From the NCBI RefSeq assembly GCF_039654945.1, contig NW_027361806.1:18724001-18774115 (forward strand): 50,115 bases of DNA. The letters run 5' to 3'. Made by a program: the position numbers and the translations under genes. This document shows positions 1 through 12,020 of this stretch, piece after piece. The DNA comes from Dendrobates tinctorius. Its lineage: Eukaryota. The notes under the pieces were generated by a model. That model was given only the letters and a program-made list of their open reading frames with translations, was not told the DNA's origin and searched no databases. Every line of letters starts with the position of its first letter. Positions within the stretch are counted from its first letter, which is position 1.

Positions 1-958
1 GAGAGCTGGGACCACAGTCTCCAATATTACCATTAGTAACACACTGCACTGTCATGGAATAAAATCCTGCAGGGTGCGCAAGATCCTCCTTCTCACCCCA
101 GCACATGTCCAGGCCCGTTTGAAGTTCACCAATGACCTTCTGGATGATAGAGGAGGCATGGGAGAAGGTCATGTGTTCGGATAAGTCCAAAATAGAACTT
201 TTCAGTATCAACTCAACTAGGAGTGTTTTGGAGGAAGAAGGATGTGTACAACCCCAAGAGCACAGTGCAAACCGTGAAGCATGGTGGAGGAAACATCATA
301 CATTGGGGGTGCTTTTCTGCAAAGGAGACAGAACGACTGCACCGTATTGAAGAGAGGATGGATGGAGTGATGGTATGGTGAGATTTTGGCCAACAACCTC
401 CTTCCCTCAGTAAGAGCATTGAAGATGGGTTATGGCTGGGTCTTATAGCATGACAATGACCCACACACAGTCAGGGTAACCAAGGAGTGTCTCCGCAAGA
501 AGCACTGCACGGTTCTGGAGTGGCCTAGCCAGTCTCCAGATCTGAACCCAACCGAAAGTCTTTGGAGGGAGCTGAAAATCAATGTTGCCCTGTGGCAGCC
601 CCATAACTCGAAAGATCAGGAAAAGATCTGTATGGAGCAGGGGGACAAAATCCCTGCTGTAGTGTGTGCAAACCTGATCAGGAACTACAGGAAACATCTG
701 ACCTCTAATTGCAAACAAAGATTTCTGTATCAAATATTGTTCTGCTTTTCTATTGTATCAAATACTTATTTCATGAAATAAAATGCAAATTAATTATGTA
801 AAAATCATACAATGGGATTTTCTGGATTTTTATTTTTTGATTCTGCCTCTCAACGATTAAATGTACCTACGATAAATATTTACAGACCTCTCCATTCTCA
901 GTAGGTGGGAAGACTTGCAAAATCAGCAGTGTATCAAATACTTATTTTCCCCACTGTA
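1..958 (+). mobile_element. Tc1/mariner DNA transposon remnant (3' part of decayed DD34E transposase plus right IR/DR terminal repeat)
   Basis: Frameshifted transposase motifs: [44 protein letters not shown]. The end reads ...TACTTATTTTCCCCACTG|TA (TA at 957-958). The direct repeat TGTATCAAATACTTATTT occurs at ~754 and ~930. Confidence 0.9.
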
Positions 959-3949
959 CATACATGCATAACAACCAATCTCGGATCAGACCACTGACCC
1001 CCTGGCGGCTGCTGATCTCATGCTGAACCACAGGGATTTGGTGTTATAATAGAAGATCCCAGACCCTTTTCCCCTGATATCATCAGATGTTAAATCTGTC
1101 CAATTGGATGTTTGCTGTGGAGATAAGCGGCGCCAAGAGGTGCCCTGATATCCATACAAGCTGCTCTGTGATCTCCCCTGACATCTACCACAAGGGCAAA
1201 GTTGCGAGACCCCCATGACCATTAGTCGCCCGTTTAAGCCAACAATCAGCAGGTCCCGCCAATGTATATCTAACATGAAAGCAAAATTTTGCATTCAACA
1301 TTGAAAATGGAAATTGTGTATTGTACTGTTTGATGTAATCAGCCATTTCAGTAGGGTGTGAATAACTGTGTGATCCATCAAGGCAACCACTGAATCCCTG
1401 CCCCCGCACCCCAGGTCACATATCTCCACACATGGGTGTGCCGGGATCAGCGCTGCTGCACTCTGTTTGGCGGCCATTCCCATAGCAGCGGTTGTACTTT
1501 TACCTGCAGGGGCCGGACGAGCGTCCCATCCCTGGATGCTTTCCTGCCACTTCCCGCTATTTCTACGTATACAACAAAAGAAAGCCACCTGTAACTGCTG
1601 CAGCTCCTCTTTACGTGGCCGATATCAGGGGATGGACAGAAATCCTCTGCAGTGGAGGGCAAAATAATTTAGGGCAAATTCAAATAGAGTGGTGGAGGTC
1701 TGCCCCAAAGAGTAGGCCATTAGTTGTCTAATCCAGGAGACCCCCTTTAACCAGTGCATTTAGCTTGACACCTTGGATTTTTTACTTTGCTGCCACCTCC
1801 AAACACCAGCGGCGGCTCACGTCGTGGTCTTACACGGTCATCTATTCCTCCCGACCTGCCACCCATACACATGCAGAGGGGAATGACCCCTGTGCCCCTT
1901 CCTGTTTTCCCGTTTTCCCTGGCAGCAGCTCATCAGCTACAACATACATATATATTCCACATACAGTAAATGGTAGGACTTGCCAGAATCAGAATGTGAA
2001 CATCATATTTAATGGGAACGTAGAATAATTAGCCCCATAAAACCTTTTGAAAATGGATTATCCAGCACCTCTCGCTTCCACATCAGCAGACACTGCAGCC
2101 ATGAACTGCCTCCCAGGCAGAATGATACCTGCCTACATCGGGCGATGGACGCCACCATCAGCAGTGACTTCTCACTCCCCATGGGGAAGAGAGAAGCGCT
2201 GGACAATCCCTTTAAGGACCACACCCAGCTCTGAACGTACCCCGACAACTGGGAAGACTCAGCCATTTTGCTGGAACTTTATATACGTAAAATGTACCCA
2301 ATAAATATCTGAGAAAATCGGGAAAACTGCCAGAAAAGTCTCATTAGCCTGTTGAGAGAGGGGTGCAGCGTAATGCCCGAACACAGGGACCGGCCCGCTC
2401 CTCACAAGAAACTAAACGCAGAGGTGAATCAAAGAAAACAGAAGAGTCAAGGGGGCGGTGACACAACATCCAGGGCTTTGTCAATAAAAATACGTTTTTT
2501 CTTTGTGTTGCAGTTTTCCGAGATCTGAACCTTTCTTCATTTTTCCGTTGATGAAGCTTTGGAGTTTATTACTTTCTTGTAAGGAGTTTTTCCTTAAACC
2601 ATTTTGATCGCTATTTATTGCATATTTATGGAGTGGATGATGATTTTGCAATTGGGGAGTTTAGATTTTTTTTTATGACCTTCACATAAACAATTTTACA
2701 TTTTGCTAGACTGGACTCTTTGTGGATGCAGCGACACCAAATTGTCTTTCTTTTTCTTGTATTGTGAAAAAGGATTTGAGTATAACTTTTGTTCTTCATT
2801 TTTTTCTACTATTTTTAAAAACTATTACTACAGAAAGCCTCCGGCTTCCATTGGTGCCCAGTGATTGTGTCGCAGAGAGAGGGGGCGATTGGCTACAGAA
2901 TGGATCCAGCTCCACGAATCGCACCACTAAAAGGTTGCTATCACAGATTGACAGCGGTAATTAAACTGTTAATCAGCAGTGATCAGAGCTAGCACTGGTC
3001 ACTGCTGTTAGAGGCGGATGCTGGCTGTGTAATACCATCCACTCCAGACCCCCACACCCAACAAAGGATGCATAAGACGGACATCCTCTGCCACAGATTG
3101 GCTGCAGCTAGTGATGAGCGCCACAAAATATCACACAGCTAACAGACTGGTGGAAATGGGAGCCATACAATGCTACGTCCCTCTAATTAGTGATCTGCGC
3201 GGTACTAATTGCCGAGGACTGTGCACTAATCGCACCTTAATGGAGAAAGGAGGAGACGTCTACAGCAACCCCCAGTATCCTCAGCTGCTGTCAATAATGG
3301 GGGGCAGGAAATGACCTAGAGGTGACTACAGTGACAGACACTATCAATACCTGAGAGGAGCAGGAATGTGCGGCCGGGTCTCATTACAGACGGCATCAGA
3401 TGACCTGGCAGATGTTGGGATAACAACTCCAATCATCCTCTGTCTCAGAGACCTGTGACTCTCCAGCTGTTGTCACCAGCACAGGGCGGAGATCACGTCT
3501 CTACCTGAGGAGCAGCTGACATAATAAATCAGCAGCCCCGTCCCCACCATGATCGACAGAGGTAAAACTATCAACAGCTAATGACGGTTCGGATCTGATG
3601 TGAATGACGGCTCCGGAAGCCCCTGTAACTGGCAGCTCAGGCCCCAGCGGCTGATCTCACTGACACAACAGCTCCGCGGCCACTGTGACTTACAAATCTG
3701 GCAACTCTCCCCAAACATGAGCAGACTGGCAGCCTCAAACCTCCTCACCCCTGTGACTGACAGTTCAGACCCCATAACTGACAGCTTTGACCAAAGGGGT
3801 TATATAACGGTGACCCTGAATGATTGACAGCTCATACCCCGCCGTGAGTGACAGTTCCACAGCTGCCTCTATTAACTGAGACCCTCACGACTGACTGCTG
3901 TGTCCTAAGAGGTTTGCAGCAGCTTCGGCCGCTGACATTCCTACTTCTC

Positions 3950-4510
3950 CTGTCACCGACAGCCACGACACGACCCACCCACCAGTGACCGACAGCCGTG
4001 TCACCGACAGCCACCACCCCCCCTCCTCAGTCACCGACAGCCACCACCCCCCCTCCTCAGTCACCGACAGCCACGACCCCCCCTCCTCAGTCACCGACAG
4101 CCACGACCCCCCCTCCTCAGTCACCGACAGCCACGACCCCCCCTCCTCAGTCACCGACAGCCACGACCCCCCCTCCTCAGTCACCGACAGCCACGACCCC
4201 CCCTCCTCAGTCACCGACAGCCACGACCCCCCTCCTCAGTCACCGACAGCCACGACCCCCCTCCTCAGTCACCGACAGCCACGACCCCCCTCCTCAGTCA
4301 CTGACAGCCACGACCTCCTCCTCAGTCACTGACAGCCACGACCCCCCCCTCCTCAGTCACCGACAGCCACGACCTCCTCCTCAGTCACTGACAGCCACGA
4401 CCCCCCTCCTCAGTCACTGACAGCCACGACCTCCTCCTCAGTCACTGACAGCCACGACCCCCCTCCTCAGTCACTGACAGCCACGACCTCCTCCTCAGTC
4501 ACTGACAGCT
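3950..4510. repeat. GC-rich minisatellite, ~27-30 bp unit (CCTCCTCAGTCACCGACAGCCACGACCCCC), at the 5' end of ANKRD13C intron 1
   Basis: About 18 near-identical tandem units with variable C-run length; source of the repetitive ORFs at 3885-4420. Confidence 0.95.
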
Positions 4511-4519
4511 GCGCCCCCC

Positions 4520-5400
4520 TCCCCCCGTGACTGCCCTCAGAGGTTCTGCAGCAGCGGCGGCGGCACTGACCGTGGTTGTCCTTCTGGCCGATGCTGTGGC
4601 TCCGGATGAGGGAGGACAGGCGGCGGATGTCGCCCTTGTACACGCACTCGTGCACCGGGTGGCAGGTGCCGGGCTTGGCCTCCCCGTCCCCGGGGGCTAT
4701 GGCCGGGTTGGAGGGGGCGCGGATCAGCCGGTGGTTGCTGAAGCTTCTGCTGTTCCGGTTCTTGCGGGTGAAGGTGCCCCCGGCCGTCGCCTCCTCGTCC
4801 GGCTCCAGCAGCTCCTCATCCTTGCTCGGCTTGTGGTCGCGGCGGAGGGAGCGGATCTTCTCCCCGGTCATTGGAACAGCGAGGACGGGGAAAACCAAGG
4901 GCCAAGAAGAAGGGCGGCCCCGAACATGCGGCTCACACCCGGGATGTCCGACAGCGAGCACCGCGCATCCTCCTCAGCGACACAACACCGGCGACACCGA
5001 CAACTCAGCTACATCGGTGGGCGGAGACTACACGCAGTGACGTAAGGAGCAGCGGCCGCGCCTGCGCAGTCTTCTTCCACAGCGCGTTCGAGGGGGTAGA
5101 CGCACGTTAGTGACGTAATAGGCATGCGCAGTCTGCACTCTCTCATTACCGGGGTGGGCGGTCGCAGTTTACTGACGTCATAGCCTGTGATGACGGTAAC
5201 TGGTGGGCATTGACGCTGTGTACTGTATGTATTTCAGTTCTCACCAGATCTGCCGAGGATTTAGTATCACTTAGAGCCGAAAAAAGACAGGAAACCATCA
5301 TAATGTGCCCCAATCAAGACATTACCATAGCAACCAATCAGATGTCAGCTCTAACACATCTTTCAAAATGAAAGCAGTTATCTGATTGGTTGGAATAAGA
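4520..5400. promoter_or_regulatory. CpG island / ANKRD13C promoter (possibly bidirectional)
   Basis: High CpG density. CRE/ATF sites TGACGTAA (5038, 5111) and TGACGTCA (5173-5180); NRF1-like GCGCCTGCGCA (5058-5068) and GCATGCGCA (5122-5130); GC boxes GGGCGG; CCAAT boxes in both orientations (~5334, ~5385). Confidence 0.8.
4571..4871 (-). CDS. ANKRD13C: Ankyrin repeat domain-containing protein 13C, coding exon 1 (100 codons + 1 nt, phase 1)
   Basis: MTGEKIRSLRRDHKPSKDEE...HPVHECVYKGDIRRLSSLIRSHSIGQKDNH(G) matches the vertebrate ANKRD13C N-terminus. ATG at 4871; donor G|GTCAGT at 4571/4570; adjacent to CTH as in mammals. Confidence 0.95.
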
Positions 5401-5559
5401 AGTGTGGGCCCCTGCGTGTTCCGGAGCCACACACTCCGCCTTTGTTATGCAGGGGCTAGCATTTATGTACATTTCATCAAAGTACTTGGCAGTTATACCA
5501 TGGCAGTTAGGGCAGGAGACAGGTAAGACATTACAAACCTATTCCCTGTAAATTTGGAC

Positions 5560-8500
5560 TACAACAGTTATTTACCATATGCATTTGTATAATGTATGTC
5601 CTGGTTGCTGCACTCACATCCACCGTTCTTGCACTAACTCTCTGCACTCCATCCATATCTGCCCCTCGCTTCTTTCCTCTCCTATGTATAGCACTCATGC
5701 TCTTTTCACATTGCTAAACAGCACAGATCCGTTCATTCGCACCATCCAACACAAGAGACGCTCTTACAAATCACTTAACATCTGTTTACTCTTTCTATCC
5801 TCCTAGTCGCAGGAGACATCTCTCCCAACCCTGGTCCCCTATGTTATAGCAAGTCATAGAATCATAGAATGGTAGAGTTGTAAGGGACCTCCTGGGCCAT
5901 CTGGTCCAACCCCCTGCTCAAAGCAGGATTCGCTAAATCATCCCAGTCAGATGTCTGTCCAGCCTCTGTTTGAAGACTTCCATTGAAGGAGAACTCACCA
6001 CTTCTTGTGGCAGCTTGTTCCACTCATTGATCACTCTAACTGTCAAAAAGTTTTTTCTAATATCTAATCTGTGTCTCCTCCCATTCAGTTTCATCCCATT
6101 GCTTCTCGTCTTTCCTTGTGCAAATGAAAATAAAGATGATCCTTCTACAATGTGACAGCCCTTGAGATATTTGTAGACAGCTATTAAGTCTCCTCTTAGT
6201 CTTATCTTCTGCAAACTAAACATTCCCAAATCCTGCAACCTTTCCTCATAAGACAGGGTTTGCAGAACGGTTACCATTCTGGTCGCTCTTTTCTAAACTT
6301 GCTCCAGTTTGTTGATGTCTTTTTTAAAATGTGGTGCCCAAAACTGGACACAATATTCCAGATGAGGTCTGACCAAATAGGAGTAGAGGGAAATAATGAC
6401 TTCACGTGATCTAGACTGTACGCTTCTGTTAATACATCCTAGAATTGCATTTGCCTTTTTTGCTGCTGCATCACACTGTTGACTCATATTCAGTCTGTGA
6501 TCTATTAGTATACCCAAGTCTTTTTCACATGTGCTGTTGCTTAGGCCTATTCCTCCCATTCTGTATATGCTTTTCCATTTTTATTGCCCAGATGTAGTAC
6601 TTTGCATTTTTCCCTGTTAAAAACCATTCTGTTTGTTGCTGCCCACTTCTCCAGTTTATTTATATCTTTTTGAATCCTCTCTCTCTCTTCTCTAGTATTA
6701 GCTATCCCTCCTAGCTTTGTGTCATCAGCAAATTTAATCAGTTTACCCTCAATTCCTTCATCTAAATCATTGATAAAGATGTTGAACAACACAGGGCCCA
6801 GGACAGAGCCTTGTGGTACCCCACCTGAGACATTCTTCCAACTGGATGTGCAGCCATTTATGACCACTCTTTGGATCCGATCACTAAGCCAGTTATGAAT
6901 CCACCTAACAGTTGCCTTGTCCATTCCATACTTAGTCATTTTTTCAATAAGGATTGTATGAGATACTTTGTCAAATGCTTTGCTGAAGTCAAGATATACT
7001 ATATCTACAGCATTTCCCTGATCCACCCAGTCAGTGATTCCGTCATAGAAGGAAATTAAGTTAGTCTGACATGACTTATTAGTTACAAACCCATGCTGAC
7101 TCTGTTTAATCACTTCATTCTTATCCAGGTACTGACATACATGTTGTTTAATAATTTGTTCAAAGATCTTTCCTGGTATAGAAGTCAGACTCACCGGCCT
7201 ATAGTTGCCTGGGTCCACCTTCTTCCCCTTTTTGAAGATAGGAACAACATTTGCTCTTCTCCAGTCTTCTGGGACTTCTCCTGTTCTCCAAGAATTTTCA
7301 AAGATTATGGAGAGGGGTTCAAAAATTTCTTCTGCTATCTCCTTCAGTACTTTGGGGTGTAATTCATCTGGACCTGGAGACTTGAATTCATTTAGGTTAG
7401 CTAAGTGTTTCCTCGCTATCTTTCTGTCAAACCCCCCAACTGCTACACTCAGAAACCCCTATAATCTTATTAATATTGCCTGCATGCCTTCTGTTCCTTT
7501 CAATTATGCCCTTTGGAATTCTCGCTCAGTGTGTAACAAACTCTCCTTCATCCATGACTTCTTCCTTTCTAATTCTCTTAAACTTCTGGCTCTTACTGAA
7601 ACCTTGTTCCAGCAGTCAGACACCACCGCTGCTGCTGCTCTCATACGGGGGACTACACGTCTCTCATACCCCAAGATCGGAGAACAGAGCAGGTGGAGGC
7701 GTTGGTCTGCTCCTATCACCCAAATGTACCTTTCAGGTTATCCGTCAATCACCCTCACTTGTCTTCCCTTCTTTTGAGGTCCATGCTGTCAGACTCTACA
7801 CCCCCTTCTCCATGCGAGTGGCGGTGGTGTATCGTCCTTCCGGCCCCTCCCATCAGTTCCTAGATCGACACCTGGCTTCTACACTATCTCTCCTGTGACA
7901 TCCCCACCCTCATCATGAGTGATTTCAACATCCTCATTGCTTTTCCCCTTTCGACATCTGCTTCTCAACTTTTATCTCTAACCTCCTCTTTCGGCCTTTC
8001 GCAGCTTGCTAACTCTCCAACGCATGAAGACAGAAACTCCCTCGACTTGGTCTTCTCCCAGCTTTGATCAGCGAATGATTTTACAAGCTCCCCTCTCCCA
8101 CTCTCTGACCACAACCTTCTTTCATTCTCTATCAAGAACTGCCAGTCTGCTCAGGTCACCCCCACTGTTCATATTTATAGAAACATACAGGCCATTAACA
8201 CCCAGAAACTTATGAAGAACTTGCAGTCATCATTGGCCCCTATCTCCTCTCTCTCATGTCCTGATTCTGCACTAAAGCATTATAATGAAACCCTGCAAAG
8301 TGCCCTGGATGAAACTTCACCTCCTATACATAAAACAATACAGCACAGATGGCGACAACCCTGGCACACGCTGCAAACACGCTTCCTACAGTGGTGCTCC
8401 AGGTGCGCCGAACATCTGTGGAGAAAATCCAATTACCCAAAGATTTCCTCCATTATAAGTTTATGCTTAAAACTTACAACACTGCCCTTCACCTCTCAAA

Positions 8501-10659
8501 ACAAACCTATTTCAACACCCTCATCACCTCACTGTCCAATAACCCGAAACGTCTCTTTGACACTTTTCATTCTCTACTCAACCCAAGAGTACAGGCCCCA
8601 ACCACGGATCTCCGCGCTGACGATCTGGCCAATTATTTCAAAGAAAAAATTGACCATATCCGACAGGAAATTATCTCCCAATCCCCTCATACCATGCACT
8701 GTCCTCCTTCCCCCACTGCATCTAGCTCACTCTGACTTTGAACCAGTCACAGAAGAAGAAGTAAGCAGGCTCCTTGAATCTTCCCGACCTACCACTTCCA
8801 CCAGTGACCCCATTCCGTCACATCTCCTCCAGTCCCTTTTCCCTGCTGTCACCGCTCACCTAACAAAAATATTCAACCTTTCTCTCTTCTGGTATCTTTC
8901 CTTCCTCATTTAAGCATGCCATCATACATCCATTACTTAAAAAAAATCCCTCAACCAAAACTGTCCCTTAACTATAGACCTGTCTCTAATCTTCCCTTCA
9001 TCTCTAAACTCCTGGAACGCCTGGTCCACTCCTGTTTTATCTGTTATCTCTCAGATAACTCTCTTCTCGATCCTCTACAATCCGGTTTCCGCTCTTTACA
9101 CTCTACTGAAACCTCCCTCACTAAAGTCTCTAATGATCTACTAACAGCTAAATCTAATGGTCACTACTCCATGCTAATTCTCTTGGATCTCTCCGCCTCA
9201 TTCGACACTGTGGATCATCAGCTCCTCCTCACTATGCTCCATTCCATCGGCATCAAGGACACCGTTCTCTCCTGGTTCTCCTATCTCTCTGACCGCTTCT
9301 TTACTGTATCTTTTGCTGGCTCCACCTCCTCTCATCTTCCCCTTACTGTTGGGGTTCCTCAAGGATCGGTTCTAGGCCCTCTCCTCTTCTTGTATACTGC
9401 CCCTATTGGTTAAGCAATCAGTAGATTTGGTTTCCAGTACCATCTCTATGCTGATGACACCCAATTATATACTTCTTCTCCTGACATCACGCCTGCCTAT
9501 TTAGAAAACACCGGTGATTGTCTCTAATATCATGTCCTCCCTCTTTCTGAAACTGAACCTGTCAAAAACTGAACTCCTTGTGTTTCCTCCCTCTACTAAT
9601 GTACCTATACCCGACATTGCCATTTCCGTGTGTGGTTCCACCATTACTCCCCAGCAACATGCCCGCTGCCTTGGGGTCATACTTGATTCCGAGCTTTCAT
9701 TCACCCCCCACATCCAATCACTGGCTCGCTCTTGTTATCTGCTCCTTAAAAACATTTCTAGAATTCAACTTTTTCTTACTTTCGACTCTGCAAAAACTTT
9801 TACTGTTTCTCTTATTCATTCTCATCTGGACTATTGTAACTCTACTAATCGGTCTCCCTCTTACCAAACTCTCCCCCCTCCAATCTTTCTTGAATGCTGC
9901 AGCCAGAATCATATTCCTCGCCAATCGTTACACTGATGCCTCTGCCTTGTGCCAGTCCTTACACTGGCTACCCATCCACTCCAGAATCCAGTACAAACTT
10001 ATTACTCTCACCCACAAAACACTCCATTGGTCAGCACCACCCTACATCTCCCTCGTCTCAGTCTACCACCCTACCCGTGCCCTCCGTTCTGCCAATGGCC
10101 TGAGGTTAACATCCTCAATAATCAGAGCCTCCCACTCCCGTCTCCAAGACTTACGTGCTGCACCAATTCTTTGGAATGTACTACCCAGGTTAATACGATT
10201 AATCCCCACAGTTTTAAGCGTGACCTAAAAATGCGTTTGTTCAGACTGGCCTACAGTCTCAATGCATTAATGTAACTGTCCCTGTGTGGCCCATTCAAAA
10301 TCTTGTACCATAACCAGGTTCCTCGTATCATGTTCCCACGCTTTATGCATTCAATAGCCCTCTGTGTCTGTACTGTTATATACTTAGGCTGATAACCGGT
10401 TCATGCAGCATTACATGAACACCCAATTCTTACACTTTGGCTGGTCCGAAAAGCAAAAGCAATTTCTACCATCTACCTTCCGTGTCTCCCCTTTTCTTCA
10501 TACTTTTAAGCTTGCGAGCAGGGCCCTCATTCCTCTTGGTATCTGTTATGATCTATGTGATTATTGTTATGCTGCAATGTCTATTGTCTATACAAGTGCC
10601 CTCTGAAATGTAAAGTGCTGCGGAATATGTCGGCGCTATAGAAATAAAATTATTATTAT
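5560..10659 (+). mobile_element. L2-clade LINE, near full-length ORF2 (2A-like peptide, APE endonuclease, RT), degenerate and interrupted by a CR1
   Basis: LVAGDISPNPGP at ~5803-5838; APE motifs ALWNSRSV, LALTET, GGGVGLLL, DFNI, SDHNL; RT motifs [48 protein letters not shown] (~9447); 3' tail GCGCTATAGAAATAAAATTATTATTAT. Many frameshifts; 5' boundary approximate. Confidence 0.92.
5857..7425 (-). mobile_element. CR1 LINE, 5'-truncated (RT and C-terminal region), nested in the L2
   Basis: ORFs 6547-7218, 6293-6559 and 5933-6277: [60 protein letters not shown]1 3' tail (ATTCTATG)2. GTCA duplicated at 5853-5856 and 7426-7429. Confidence 0.95.
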
Positions 10660-11089
10660 CCAGTTGCCGGTGCAGACGCTGATACGTGGTTGTATATATT
10701 GTCCCTCTCCGGCCCTGCACATGGCGGCTGCTGGACCTGTCGCTCCGGGTGTCGCTGCAGGCTCATTAACCCACTTAGCATCGGGGACTTTTCATTGTTT
10801 GCGCTCCTTCTTCCATCCTTGCAGCCGTGTGAGCCTCGTTTACTGCAGTACAAACTGTAGTTGTGACTGACGACATTCATTGTATTATATATTGGGCTGG
10901 AAATACTGGGAAAAATTTTCCAAGGGTGGTGTTATCATGAAAAAGACGCAATTCCGCTATTTTGTATTTGTTTTTGATACTTCAGCTTTTATTTTGCTGT
11001 AAAAATAACCTTAAAACATAACAGAACTGTTACAGCAATGCTAAACTTGTAACGAGTCCCCGCACCTCAAAACCGTCTCCAGAATCTGC

Positions 11090-11330
11090 ACTTAATCATT
11101 CTCGTCTGGCCTATTGTAACTCTCTAATGATCTGTCTCCCTCTTACTAAACTCTTCTCTCCAATCCATCCTGAATGCGGCAGCCAGGGTCATACTACTGT
11201 CCAGCCGCTTCACCGAAGCCTCCACCTCGTGCCAGTCATTACACTGGTTACCCATCTGGTACTATATTAGCTCATCACTCTCATCCACAAAGCTCTCCAC
11301 AATTCCCTGCCCTACATCTCCTCTTCTATA
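11090..11330 (+). mobile_element. Degenerate L2 3'-ORF2 fragment
   Basis: Similar to 9810-10050 of the upstream L2 (CATTCTCGTCTGGCCTATTGTAACTCTC...CTCCAATCCATCCTGAATGCGGCAGCCAG...TTACACTGGTTACCCATC). Confidence 0.8.
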
Positions 11331-12020
11331 TCTACCAACCAACCCATCTTCTCCACAGTGCTGCACTACCCTACATCTCTTCCCAGTCTACCATACAATC
11401 CATCCTTTCCACAGTGCTGTACCGCCTTACATCTCTTCATCTCTACCACACTACCTGTCCTCTCCACAGTTCTGCACTGTCCTACATCTACCACAGTATC
11501 CATCCTCTCCACAGTGCCGCACCCCCCTTTATCTCCTCATCTCTGTCTACCACCCTACATGTCATCTCCACAGTGCTGCACCGCCTTACATCTTCTCCTC
11601 ATCTCTATCTACCACCCTACCCGTCCTCTCCACAGTGCTGCACCACCCTACATCTCCTCATCTCTATCTACCACCCTACCTGTCCTCTCCACAGTGCTGC
11701 ACCACCCTACATCTTCTCCTCATCTCTATCTACCACCCTACCTGTCCTCTCCACAGTGCTGCACCACCCTACATCTCCTCCTCATCTCTGTCTACCACCC
11801 TACCCGTCCTCTCCACAGTGCTGCACCACCCTACATCTCATCATCTCTATCTACCACCCTACCTGTCCTCTCCACAGTGCTGCACTGCCCTACATCTCAT
11901 CTCTGTCTACCACAATACCTGTCTTCTCCAGAGTGCTGCACCACCGTACATCTCCTCATGCTGTACCACCCTACCTGTCCTCTCCACGGTTCTGCAACAC
12001 CCTACATCTCCTCAGCTGTA
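11300..12020. repeat. ~58-61 bp minisatellite derived from L2 sequence
   Basis: Unit CTCCACAGTGCTGCACCACCCTACATCTCCTCATCTCTATCTACCACCCTACCTGTCCT, about 12 copies; resembles L2 10021-10085. Confidence 0.9.

Noticed and set aside
986-2304. Cluster of short ORFs, some faintly like a zinc knuckle or aspartyl protease (GHVKRSC, VALMDHT)
   Set aside because: No complete CCHC or DSG/DTG motif and no continuity; looks like ordinary ANKRD13C intron 1.
960-4570. ANKRD13C exon 2 (expected NTPLHLAVMLG)
   Set aside because: No matching sequence found by eye on the minus strand; presumably outside the window.
4872-4961. 30-aa N-terminal extension of ANKRD13C in the ORF track
   Set aside because: Non-ATG start; homology begins at MTGEKIRS (4871).
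4527-5045. 172-aa and 154-aa plus-strand ORFs antisense to ANKRD13C exon 1
   Set aside because: They do not start at ATG and are explained by high GC content and the shadow of the real CDS.
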